DNA of 64,000 nt, taken from NCBI GenBank assembly GCA_964016885.1, contig OZ024743.1:330522001-330586000 (forward strand), in the 5' to 3' direction. This stretch comes from Eledone cirrhosa (taxonomy: Eukaryota). A program made the position numbers and the translations under genes. The notes beneath the pieces are model-generated. The model ran no database searches. It saw only the letters and a program-made list of their open reading frames with translations, and was not told the origin of the DNA. This document shows positions 38,674 to 50,454 of the stretch, piece after piece (position 1 is the first letter of the stretch; each line of letters starts with the position of its first letter).

Positions 38674-39015
38674 TAGCAGAAATACCCGGCGTTGCTCAGG
38701 TGTTAAATAGCAGTTATGTATACCATTTATGTCAATACTTCAGTGCTGCTTCGAAAACTATACTTTTACAAAGGAGTGACCAGGAGTACGTTGTTCGGTA
38801 TTATTACGATAAGGTGTAGCAGGGAATCCCGCGTGAACTAACAGCTCGGGAGGAAACTGCTTACCTCGAACATTCATTCACCATCGTTCTTGTCAACGCT
38901 CCGTTTACTTGGTATTTGTTGGTCTACAGTTAGATGAATGGTACAAAGGGTTAATGTTTATTGGCAAGAAGTTTTTTGAATAATAAAAGACGGGTTAAAG
39001 CGACCTTCAATGTAT
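38673..39015 (-). mobile_element. Non-autonomous Helitron-like fragment, 3' terminus at 38673
   Basis: Minus strand CCTGAGCAACGCCGGGTATTTCTGCTAG|T: subterminal hairpin plus CTAG before T. Body homologous, inverted, to 44060-44320. Confidence 0.65.
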
Positions 39016-39023
39016 CTGTGTGT

Positions 39024-39068
<45 letters not shown>

Positions 39069-39296
39069 TGAGATTCTACAGGACTAGAACTGCTTCATTC
39101 TTTAGAAATCATCAGGAATCTGTTTATCAAAATATAAATATGGTATTTATAGGTCTCTTCAGGTGGTAGAAGAGGGTAGGGAGTGGGATGGGTGTAGGTC
39201 ATTGGTTGATAGAAAAGGTAATTCATTAAAAGCTCTTTCTTCATAGCTATAGTTTATATTTAGAGTAACAAAGGCAGAAAGAATTCTATAAACAAG

Positions 39297-39359
39297 TTCA
39301 GGATGGGGTACCACTCCTTATGAGAAACTTAAAAATAAGGAGTGGTACACCATCCTGAA
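39297..39359. repeat. Hairpin with ~25-bp stem and 13-nt loop
   Basis: TTCAGGATGG-G-GTACCACTCCTTAT / ATAAGGAGTGGTAC-A-CCATCCTGAA. Confidence 0.9.
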
Positions 39360-40992
39360 TTACGCACCGTATACCTCCCTGTCAGTCGATTGAACGTTTG
39401 AAAGTATATACTTTCCTTATGCATATTAATGGCTGAGTAGCCTAATTTACATATCGAGTGAGTTAGTTGGCCGGGTGTGCCGAAAACGATAAATGGAAAA
39501 ATGAAATTTCATTTCTCACTCTTAGTACGGTTGATACTTAAATATAAGTATGTATACGTACATACATATATGTATTCAGACGTACAGTAGTATATACATA
39601 CATGCACACATATATATATGTACGTATGGGTTTACCGAACATTTATTATAATGCTCGCTTTTATAATGCTCATTTTTTCCATTATTTCCAAACTTCGAAA
39701 CTGACAGGTCCAGCTCGACCTACCGGATAGAGTATGACCTACCGGATAGAGCCTGATGAGATGATCAGGACCAGGTATACAGATACTATTGCGTCCAAAT
39801 CCATAGAACTCCCTTTGGGGTTAAGCTGGAATCTGAAGTTAATTCAGCAAATAAAGTATTTTGGTAGACTATCCGCTGAGCTCGTAATAAGAAGTCTCTC
39901 TCCACGCCTGTTATTAAGAACTCATGTGTTCGGATCAATGCTGCTAAGTCGTAACCATTCTATGTGGGTGTCGGACATCGCCAAAGACGCATATTGTAAT
40001 GCCGTCAGTTCACAACCGTCATAAACAGGATTGACATGCGCAACCGGTTTGGAATTGGTATCAAACCCAGCGAGTGTTAGATCAATCGGGTTAGGTTTGC
40101 TGTACGACAGGAATGAACATCAGTGTTGTAATGACTGAGACTCTAGTCCTATTAAGAAAGCCTACGTAGTATGCTCTGCGTGGGAGCAGGTGGAGAACTA
40201 ATCGGCCCCGTTTTCACGAGTGGCTTATACTACGGACATGGGGTTAGAATGTCTCAGGAAAGAATCGCTGAACAGATTTAACGGGAAAAGCCAACCTGCA
40301 GGACACCCAGAGGTAGACTACGAGCAAGATGGTTGGATAACATCTATGACGTCGCTTGGATCATTTGGCGACGGTTACTTTTAAGCATGTCCAATGACTC
40401 GGCTCTCCACAACCAACTCAGGAATAAGTGGGCGAAGAGAAGATAGTGTAGGTAAAACGTGGATAATATCGTGTGGAAAATAAGTGATGTGTAAAATAGT
40501 GGGTCAATATTGATTCGCAGATAAAATAATTGGGTAAAATGGTGGGTAAATTAGTTGGTCATTAGTGAATGTTGGGTAAAATGGTGGATAGATAGTGGCT
40601 TGTTAGTAAAATAGTGGACAAATATGAATTGTGGGTAACAACAGATAAAATCTCAGGCTGCAGATAAATAGATGTTGATCAATTGACAGTTAAACTTCTT
40701 AACATGAATATCCAGCCGATAATCGAAAACATCAGCGACAACAAAAGAAAAATCAATTATTGATCTCTACCCGTGACTTCCCTTAAATCACGTATATATA
40801 TGAATATCTTTGTGTTGGAAAAAGGTGCTCATGATAGAGAGCCCATTACTAAAACAGAATTCTAATAAGGCCTCTCCATTCGCATTTTGATCGGGCTTGC
40901 CTTTTCTTCCAAGCACTTCTTGTCTGGGGGTCAGTGCCAATATGTGAATGGAAGCCTTCCATTAGGATTTTACTAATCATTATATGCATATG

Positions 40993-41051
<59 letters not shown>

Positions 41052-42026
41052 CGGTGTGTGTCTCTGTGTGTGTGCGTGAGAGTGTGTGTGTTTGATCGTA
41101 GACGAATTTAATCCGGCTCCATCTGAGCTCAGATCAAATCCTGCCACGCTCAATTTTGTCTTGGACGAGGTGATTAGCTGTACATGTTCCAATTCTGTAC
41201 GTTCTGTGTTCAAATTCTGCTTTCTGCCACCGAAAACCGCAGCGACACTACTACCAGGAGTTTTTACGAGTGTAACAGCAAATGAAGATCCTATGGTAGA
41301 ATTATTTTTTATCCTTTCCTTTCTTTTAATGTCTACATCGTGTTGCTTATTGAGATTATGGACATATTTAACGATCGTGATACCTGTTCCTGTTCACGCA
41401 TTCGAATAGAAAAGCAGCCCCACCACTCTTTTACACCACATTTGGCAACTGAAAGATTAGGCAACACAATATTTAATATAAGTTGGCAGTGACAGAATTA
41501 TCCAACCCACATTCCGGAGGATGTGGATCACGCTGTTTATGCACCGGTGAAATCATGCTAAACTCAAAGAGTAAGCACATTTCAAAATGTCGTCACCAAA
41601 CAAGTTTATTCTAAAAACATTTATTTTACCTTCAGGTTGAATTTAAGTGGAGATTTTCTGATTTTTTTTTAATTTCGCGTTATTTTTGAAATTCATTAAT
41701 ATGTCAAAATCAATCCAGTAGTTAAATTGAAACAAAATGAAAACGAAATTTCATTTCTCACTCTTAGTATGGCACTTACTTAAATGTAAGTATGCATGTA
41801 TACGTACATACATATATGTATACAGACGTACAGTAGCATGCACATATATATATATATATATACATATATATATACATATGCATACAGGTACACATACATA
41901 TATGCACGTATCAGTTTAGCGGCGCTAACGTCGCTTTGTTCGTTTGTAAACAAACTGAACAGCCTGAATTTATGCCATACGGTGTTAAGGCAACCACGTC
42001 ACCTTTTTGTTCAATACTGACACAGG

Positions 42027-42071
42027 AACGATGTACTAGTTTCAAGCTTGTTAGCTATCATCAGCACCGTT
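42027..42071 (-). ncRNA. Minimal type I hammerhead ribozyme (family A)
   Basis: AACGGTG-CTGATGA-T-AGCT-AACA-AGCT-T-GAAA-CTAG-TA-CATCGTT on the minus strand. Confidence 0.85.
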
Positions 42072-42312
42072 TACCCATCTGCCAGATAGTTGAACGTTCG
42101 AAAGTATATACTTTCCTTATGAAAATTAACGGCTGAGCAGCCTAATTTGCATATTGAGTGAGTTAAATCGGTCAGGCATACCGAAAACGATAAATTGAAA
42201 CAAAATGAAAACGAAATTTCATTTCTCACTCTTAGTATGGCACTTACTTAAATGTAAGTATGCATGTATACGTACATACATATATGTATACAGACGTACA
42301 GTAGCATGCACA

Positions 42313-42344
<32 letters not shown>

Positions 42345-42496
42345 CATATGCATACAGGTACACATACATATATGCACGTATCAGTTTAGCGGCGCTAACG
42401 TCGCTTTGTTCGTTTGTAAACAAACTGAACAGCCTGAATTTATGCCATACGGTGTTAAGGCAACCACGTCACCTTTTTGTTCAACACTGACACAGG

Positions 42497-42541
42497 AACG
42501 ATGTACTAGTTTCAAGCTTGTTAGCTATCATCAGCACCGTT
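42497..42541 (-). ncRNA. Minimal type I hammerhead ribozyme (family A)
   Basis: Identical motif 470 nt from the first. Confidence 0.85.
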
Positions 42542-43033
42542 TACCCATCTGCCAGATAGTTGAACGTTCGAAAGTATATACTTTCCTTATACATATATGT
42601 ATGTACGTATACATGCATACTTACATTTAAGTAAGTACCATACTAAGAGTGAGAAATGAAATTTCAGGCATAAATTCAGGCTGTTCAGTTTGTTTACAAA
42701 CGAACAAAGCGACGTTAGCGCCGCTAAACTGATACGTGCATATATGTATGTGTACCTGTATGCATATGTATATATATATGTATATATATATATGTGCATG
42801 CTACTGTACGTCTGTATACATATATGTATGTACGTATACATGCATACTTACATTTAAGTAAGTGCCATACTAAGAGTGAGAAATGAAATTTCGTTTTCAT
42901 TTTGTTTCAATTTATCGTTTTCGGTATGCCTGACCGATTTAACTCACTCAATATGCAAATTAGGCTGCTCAGCCGTTAATTTTCATAAGGAAAGTATATA
43001 CTTTCGAACGTTCAACTATCTGGCAGATGGGTA

Positions 43034-43078
43034 AACGGTGCTGATGATAGCTAACAAGCTTGAAACTAGTACATCGTT
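43034..43078 (+). ncRNA. Minimal type I hammerhead ribozyme (family A)
   Basis: Same motif in the inverted arm; GTA cleavage triplet; palindromic ACTAGT stem III. Confidence 0.85.
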
Positions 43079-43468
43079 CCTGTGTCAGTGTTGAACAAAA
43101 AGGTGACGTGGTTGCCTTAACACCGTATGGCATAAATTCAGGCTGTTCAGTTTGTTTACAAACGAACAAAGCGACGTTAGCGCCGCTAAACTGATACGTG
43201 CATATATGTATGTGTACCTGTATGCATATGTATATATATATGTATATATATATATATATGTGCATGCTACTGTACGTCTGTATACATATATGTATGTACG
43301 TATACATGCATACTTACAATCCAGTAGTCAAATGTCGTTCAAAGATATTTCGCAGGAGACTGAAAACTCTTAATAAACAGTTTTAGCTCATCTTCCATAT
43401 TCAATATTGGTACGAGAACTGGAATCACTCTGCGAATCTTATACGTATCTTGTATTTACGTTATTCTA

Positions 43469-43620
43469 TCTATATATATAAAACTGTTGTGATCTGTGTG
43501 AGTGTGTCCTCATTTTTGGAAAGTCTATACAAATCCACATTTCTACTCCGATTGACTTAAAATTTGCATTTATATATTCCTTGCGGTCTAACTGCAGCCT
43601 TTATTTTTCAATTTTCTGTT
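43469..43620 (+). mobile_element. Possible Helitron-like 5' end
   Basis: A|TCTATATATATAAAACTG start, then TG-rich sequence and CCGATTGACTTAAAATTT; resemblance only. Confidence 0.4.
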
Positions 43621-43779
43621 GTTAAAGAGGTGTAGGCGCCGGTTATTGATCACCGTCGAGCCCTTATAATATCTGTCTGTATGTCTGGCTGTCTGCATAG
43701 CGACATTCTGACGAACTCGTCATTGCTGACGTATTATCTTCGCTACATTTACACACACACACACACGCACTTATATACT

Positions 43780-43833
<54 letters not shown>

Positions 43834-43958
43834 TACATATACACACACATATATACACATATACATATATATATATATACATATACAAACACATATACAC
43901 ATATATACATATACACATATACACATATATAAATAAAGACATAAAAATATATGTATAT

Positions 43959-44014
<56 letters not shown>

Positions 44015-44318
44015 ATGTGTGTGTGTATCTGTGTATATATATGTATATACACAGATACATTGTAGGTCGCTTTAACCCGTCTTTTATTATTCAAAAAACT
44101 TCTTGCCAATAAACATTAACCCTTTGTACCATTCATCTAACTGTAGACCAACAAATACCAAGTAAACGGAGCGTTGACAAGAACGATGGTAAATGAATCT
44201 TCGAGGGAAGCAGTTTCCTCCCGAGCTGTTAGTTCACACGGGATTCTCTGCTACACCTTTTCGTAATAATACCCAACAACGTACTGCTGGTCACTCCTTC
44301 TTCCAAAAGCCGTACAAA

Positions 44319-44422
<104 letters not shown>

Positions 44423-44899
44423 ATAAGAACAGATTAAAGTTTAAGCAAAGAATCGCTGCTTTCAACATTAACGGGATCTTCTGAAACTAAAAAATTTAAT
44501 CTGTGAACTCAGAAGTAAATATTTCGAGAAACGTTGCAACCGAAGGAAAACTGGAAGACGATATTTTGGTTCGTGAAGACGTTCCCTGGTAATGAACAGA
44601 AAAAAAGCGAGGATAATACGTTGTTATGTGAGGCGAGAAGAACAATTTCATGCAAAGACAAGACCAAGTTTATGGTATAAATGGAGTCGTTAGACTAATA
44701 TTCTATTTAAAATAACCGAATGATTTCCAGCCCCGGAGTTTAAGAATGATGTAAATAAAATTGAAAACGAAAATGACAGAGGTTATTAAAATAGTAAAAG
44801 TAAATAGTGAAGATTTAGGCCAGTACATACGTATGCACCGACGGACATACACATACATATACATACGCACACATAAATACATACACACACACACACACA

Positions 44900-45052
<153 letters not shown>

Positions 45053-45059
45053 GTGCGTG

Positions 45060-45498
45060 TGTGTAAATCTTATGCATTTCTACAGTATTTTCACCAAACT
45101 TAAGACATAGATCACTTATGTACTCCGGATGATCATGGGCACCTTCATTTTCCAGATATTGATTATAGGGCCTCCCGGCAGATAACCCCCCTCAACCGCT
45201 TCCTTGGAGTCGACTGAAGCATTGCAGTTCAATGCAACACAACGTCATAACTTCTAGTGTTCGCAACCGATTTTCACAAAACTTGACACGTGGGCTACGT
45301 TTGTTCTACAGATGAATGTGAACTCTCAGAATTGGCACATATTGAGTAGGGGACCCCTGGGAGCAGGAACCCCCTTTTGGAAAAAGCCGATGATTTTGTA
45401 AAAGTAGTGTTTTCGAAGCAGCACTGAAGTATTGATATAAATGGTATACATAACTGCTATTTAATACCCGAGCAATGCCGACCGGGTACCTATGCTAG
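45060..45498 (+). mobile_element. Helitron-like fragment, 3' terminus at 45498
   Basis: TACCCGAGCAATGCCGACCGGGTA hairpin followed by CCTATGCTAG|T. Confidence 0.6.
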
Positions 45499-45599
45499 TT
45501 ATAATTATTTATCTTTATTAATATTTAAAAACAGAAAAGGAATGGAAAAGCAAGGGCTCTAGGGTCACAGAAGAATGGGATGGGGAAGCAGGAGGGAGA

Positions 45600-45745
45600 T
45601 GGGCTCTGGGCCAAGAGCGCCACGGTGTTGGGGTAGCACCCCATGGACAAAACCGAAAAGCATTTCTGCGGGCAATGGCCAGTGACACCCGCTGCAACAG
45701 CCACTCCACCTTTTCAGGGCTACTTCCTCAGACGGACTGGTGACG
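45600..45745 (-). mobile_element. Possible 3' remnant of a CRE-like (RLE) non-LTR element
   Basis: Encodes WLLQRVSLAIARRNA, resembling the QRxSxAIQRGNA C-terminal motif; short match only. Confidence 0.35.
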
Positions 45746-45769
45746 TCACCAGTCAGCTGTTTCCCCTAA

Positions 45770-46404
45770 TTTCTAAACATCTTTCTCTCATCCTCATCAT
45801 TCCGTCCATCTTTTCCCGTAGGTCGTCCTTTTTCTCTCTCTATTATTCTTTAGACATTATACCCCACACTCTCTCCTTCCTCTCTATATTTCTCCGTTCT
45901 CTCTACTTCTCTCTCTCTTCTCTCTCACTTCTCTCTATTATTCTTTAGACATGTATATTCCACACTCTCTCGCTCCTCTCTCCGTTTCTCCTTTATCTCT
46001 CTCCCTTTCTGTTTCTTTTTTTCTCTTTCTCTATTCTTCTGTTCTCTCCATTGTCTCACTCTTATCTCTCCTTTTCTTATTTCTCCCTCCCTTTCTCCTT
46101 TCTCTCTCTCTCACTGTTTCCATTCTCTTTCGTCTCTCTATTGTCTCTCTTCCGTTCTCTCCCTTTTCTCCGCTTTCTCTCACTCTCTACTTCTCCTTTC
46201 CCTTTCTCTCTCTCTCTGTCTCCCTTCTCTCTCTTCCTTTCTCCTTTATCTCTATCGCTCTTTGTTTCCATTCCCTCTCTCTTATCTCTATTGTCTTTCT
46301 ACCGTTCTCCGATCCTCCCTCTATCTATCTCTCCCTCTCTCCTTTGTCGTCTCTCCCTCTCCCTCCCTCTCTCTCCCTTGTCGTCCCTCTCTCTCTCCCT
46401 CTTA

Positions 46405-46471
<67 letters not shown>

Positions 46472-46810
46472 TTATCTATCTCTATCTATTTATCTATCTC
46501 TATCTATCTATCTATCTATCTATCTCTCCCTCTCTCCTTTGTCGTCTCTCCCTCTCCCTCCCTCTCTCTCCCTCTTATCACTTTCTCTCTCTCTCTCTCT
46601 ATCTCTATCTCTATCTATCTATCTATCTATCTCTATCTATCTATCTATCTCTCCCTCTCTCCTTTGTCATCTCTCCCTCTTCCTCTCGCTTTCTCCTTTC
46701 GTCGTCCTTCACTCTCTCCTTCGCATCTCTTTTCTTTCTCTCTCTCTATCTATCTATCTATCTATCATCTCTCCCCTGTCGTCCCGCCCCCTCTCTCTCC
46801 CTCTCCCTCC
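45770..46810. repeat. Polypyrimidine (TC)n/(TCTA)n low-complexity tract
   Basis: Directly visible. Confidence 0.9.
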
Positions 46811-47035
46811 AATCATAACTAAGTGATATTTAAATATATTCTGAAAGGTTGTAAGAGCCAATGCCCCCCCCCCCTCTCCTCCCCTCCCTTCCTTTCCTCA
46901 TAACTACAAAATGAACTTCAATTTGTCTCTAGAAGTTTATTGTATTTTTATGATATTCTTACAATGTTTTATCGGCTTTGTTTTAAGCAACGATCAGATA
47001 CTTCCCTCCTCTGTCACTATAGATCTCCTGTTTTT

Positions 47036-47073
<38 letters not shown>

Positions 47074-47212
47074 GCTACTACTACTACTACTACTACTGCT
47101 GCTGCTACTAGTGCTACTGCTTCTACTACTATTACTACTACCACCACCACTACCCTCGCTAGCACTACTACTACCACCATCACCACAACCACCACCACCA
47201 CCACCACTACTG

Positions 47213-47243
<31 letters not shown>

Positions 47244-47247
47244 CACC

Positions 47248-47278
<31 letters not shown>

Positions 47279-47289
47279 ATACTACTACT

Positions 47290-47328
<39 letters not shown>
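47036..47328. repeat. (CTA)n/(CCA)n trinucleotide repeat
   Basis: Directly visible. Confidence 0.95.
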
Positions 47329-47682
47329 GTCTTCTACATCTTCACCGTTCACTCCTCTCTCCTCTTCTCCACACCATCAGTTATATAATCATAAACTTTT
47401 ACTATTCCTCATTACCCAGTTCTCTGCTCTACACAGGAAGTAAGGACCATTATGTATTCATAGTTCTTGCTTTGTGTTGTCTCTCAGACCTTCATATTCC
47501 TTCCTATCTATTATATTTACTGTTGTTATTTTAATAAACTGGCAAATGTGGAGTTTGGGTTCAAAACCATTGGAAAAATACTATGAAAACTATTTTTGAT
47601 TGAAATATTTGAGGCTCAAGCTCTAGTTTACCCCTAATCACACGTGTAATGTGTACATCACCACGATGCTGTTGTGTATATA

Positions 47683-47873
47683 TAATTGTTTCTACGTTTG
47701 GCACAAGGCCAGCAATTATCCCAGTGTATTACTGGTGCTTTATTTTATCGACCCCGAAAGGATGAAAGGCAAAGTTAACCTCAGCGGGATTTGAACTCAG
47801 ACCATAAAGGGCCGTAACTCTATGCTGCAAAGCATAGCCACCGACCTTCTACCGATACTGCCAATCCACCGCC
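47683..47873 (-). mobile_element. tRNA-derived SINE
   Basis: A box TGGCAGTATCGG, B box GAGTTCAAATCC, body GCCTTTCATCCTTTCGGGGTCGATAAAAT; homologous to 48243-48433. Confidence 0.85.
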
Positions 47874-47899
47874 CATTGTGTATATATAATATAGACAAC

Positions 47900-48035
47900 A
47901 TAGTTTAAGTGAGTTGAGTATTTAATATGTTCGACTCACGATCATAAAGTCAGGAGTTTGATTCCTGGTGGCTCGTTGTGTCCTTGAGCAAGACACTTTA
48001 TTTCATGCTGCTCCAGTTCATTCAGCTGTCAAAAA
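47900..48035 (+). mobile_element. Degenerate SINE of a second family
   Basis: B-box-like GAGTTTGATTCC followed by GTGTCCTTGAGCAAGACACTT, a CORE/V-like SINE central motif. Confidence 0.55.
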
Positions 48036-48242
48036 TTAATTGTAATAGTAATTGAAATTGTTAATCTGGTCACACAACGTGCTACGTTGAATCTCCCAGT
48101 GAATTTGGTAAAATCAAAGTTGACCGTTCAAATTTCGTTGCAGAGAATCAGTTCCAGTGTGATATTCATGAGAAAACTTACAAGTCACGTGGTGGATTGA
48201 AGCGACATCTGAACATACACAATAAGCAAACCCAAAGTGGAT

Positions 48243-48433
48243 GCGGTGAATTGGCAGTATCGGTAGAGGGTTGGATGCCATGCTTTTCAGCATATAGTTA
48301 CGTCCCTTTACGGTCTGAGTTCAAATCCCGTCGAGGTTAACTTTGCCTTTCATCCTTACGGGGTCGATAAAATAAAGTACCAGTAATGTACTGGATAATT
48401 GGTGTCCTTGTGCCAAAAGTAGAAACAATTATT
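48243..48433 (+). mobile_element. tRNA-derived SINE
   Basis: A box 48252-48263, B box 48317-48328. Confidence 0.85.
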
Positions 48434-48542
48434 TGTGGACGGGTCTTTCACAGGCGTTCAGGACTCAAAAGACATTTGAGATCTCATGCCATAAAGTGCA
48501 AGAAGTGGTCAAGCTTTGTATGGAGCAGACGACGTCCATGTA

Positions 48543-48545
<3 letters not shown>
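48430..48545 (+). mobile_element. 3' end fragment of an RTE-like LINE
   Basis: [20 protein letters not shown]2H2-type remnant, short UTR, then (TC)n. Confidence 0.45.
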
Positions 48546-48629
<84 letters not shown>

Positions 48630-48994
48630 GTAAGTGTGTGTGTGTGTGTGTATTTATGTTTATATCCTTGTATAATATGGAAACTCATTGGTAACTGGTT
48701 AACAACATCGACATTTTGTTTCTATCGATATTTAAATTAATAGTAATGGCTATGAGCAATGTGGAAGTCAAATTTAGACTAAATTAGACTTAAACCAACA
48801 TTTCAATACATGGTGTACAGCATCCAGTATATCAATAGATTTTTATCACACAAAATCAGAAATAAGAATCTACATATTACCGCGCTATTGTCTCTGATAG
48901 ACATTTTGTTTGATAAGTTAAATGAATTTATTTAACGAGGGCAGACAGCGGAGATAGAAAAATAGAGAGATTCGGACGTGAGGAGAGAAAAAAA

Positions 48995-49180
48995 AGAGAG
49001 ACAGAGAGATGTGTATAGAGAGAGAGAGGAAGAGAGACAGAGAGACGTGTATAGAGAGAGAAAGGAAGAGAGACAGAGAGACGTGTATAGAGAGAGAAAA
49101 GAAGAGAGACAGAGACACGTGTATAGAGAGAGAAAAGAATAGAGACAGAGAGACGTGTATAGAGAGAGAAAGAGACAGAG
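48995..49180. repeat. 36-bp purine-rich minisatellite (~5 copies)
   Basis: GTGTATAGAG at 49011, 49047, 49083, 49119 and 49155. Confidence 0.9.
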
Positions 49181-49269
49181 AAGAGAGAGAAGAGGAAAGA
49201 AAGAAGAGTACATGAAGATTAATCGACTTCGTTAATATTTATATGTTCTTGTATTTCCTTTGTGTGTAG

Positions 49270-49318
<49 letters not shown>

Positions 49319-49321
<3 letters not shown>

Positions 49322-49922
49322 TGGCAGCCAACTCTTTTCGAGTACGGCCACTACTTTATATCCATGTAGGAGAACCCCTACCGATGCGCTGAACGAGTGA
49401 CTTTTTAGTCCAGCCAGTGACTTGAAAACTCTGGTACAAACACTACTCTTGTGACAATTATTGACACAGTGCTGGGCCCATGGTACCATGTGACGACAAG
49501 TGCTGAGAGATCTCTAGATATAAAGCAATGCCTGTGCCGTGAAGCTTTTATAGTGAGCAAAGGCACTGCACAAAGCCAGTCCTACTCGCTTAACCAAGAT
49601 GATATTTACCAAAAAGAAGAACAAGTCAACATCATTGGATACCATCAGGGTTGCAGGTGTTATATCAGAGTTATCCTTCTCCTAGAATTCTGCCTTGACA
49701 AAGGCGAAGGGGTCATCTCTCCCAGTGATTTTGGATGGCCATTGACTCTTAAGAGCTCCTTTTCCCTTTGACAGGTTTTGATTTTAGTCCTGCAGGATGT
49801 CCAAAGTCACCCTCCTCACCAAGAAACGTTGGTGGGGTTGCCAGTTTAGTCGCCAACGACCCGACCATGAGACAGGTTGTACTGGGATACATGTTACCAG
49901 TAGCACCAACTGGTGACCTGAC

Positions 49923-49924
<2 letters not shown>
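49319..49924 (-). mobile_element. ~600-bp non-autonomous element, probably RTE-derived (copy 2)
   Basis: Homologous end to end with 35777-36374. Confidence 0.6.
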
Positions 49925-49988
<64 letters not shown>

Positions 49989-50193
49989 CATAGATGTAAA
50001 TACATATACATATATATATAAATATATATGTGTGTGTGCATATATATATATATATACATACACACACACCTCATATATATGTACATACACACACACACAT
50101 ATATATATATGTGTGCGTGTGTATGTGTGTGCATATATATATATATATATATATACATACACACACACACACCTCATATATATATATATACAT

Positions 50194-50243
<50 letters not shown>

Positions 50244-50454
50244 TAAAATAATAGAGTAAAGTTTAAGCAAAGAATCGCTGCTTTCACCCGTAACAGGATC
50301 TTCTGAAACTAACAAAGTCAATCTGTAAACGGGTTCTTATATATTTGATATATATTTATCCTTATCGAGCCCTCTTTGGATTTTAGTCTTCAAATTTATT
50401 ATTATTACTATTTATATATATATAGAGAGAGAGAGATAGGTGTATAATAGTTAT

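Larger units (their letters stand above)
41723..43316. mobile_element. Hammerhead-bearing ~470-bp unit in tandem and inverted copies (retrozyme / Penelope pLTR-like insertion)
   Basis: Direct copies start at 41723 and 42191; inverted copies about 42588-43316; flanked by direct repeat CAATCCAGTAGT (41711-41722, 43317-43328). Confidence 0.82.

Noticed and set aside
39750-39775. CTGATGA as a hammerhead core
   Set aside because: No downstream GAAA or closing stems.
39628-40640. Possible DNA transposon with subterminal TAAAATAGTGGG-like repeats (40490-40640)
   Set aside because: No convincing terminal inverted repeat, TSD or transposase similarity could be established by eye.
45951-47443. Leu/Ser-rich and poly-Leu/Val ORFs resembling membrane proteins
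   Set aside because: Translations of (TC)n and (CTA)n repeats.
48386-48694. Host C2H2 zinc-finger gene exon
   Set aside because: Single incomplete finger wedged between a SINE tail and (TC)n; better explained as a LINE 3' remnant.
48995-49180. 36-bp periodic repeat as a CRISPR array
   Set aside because: No unique spacers, low complexity, eukaryotic context, no cas genes.
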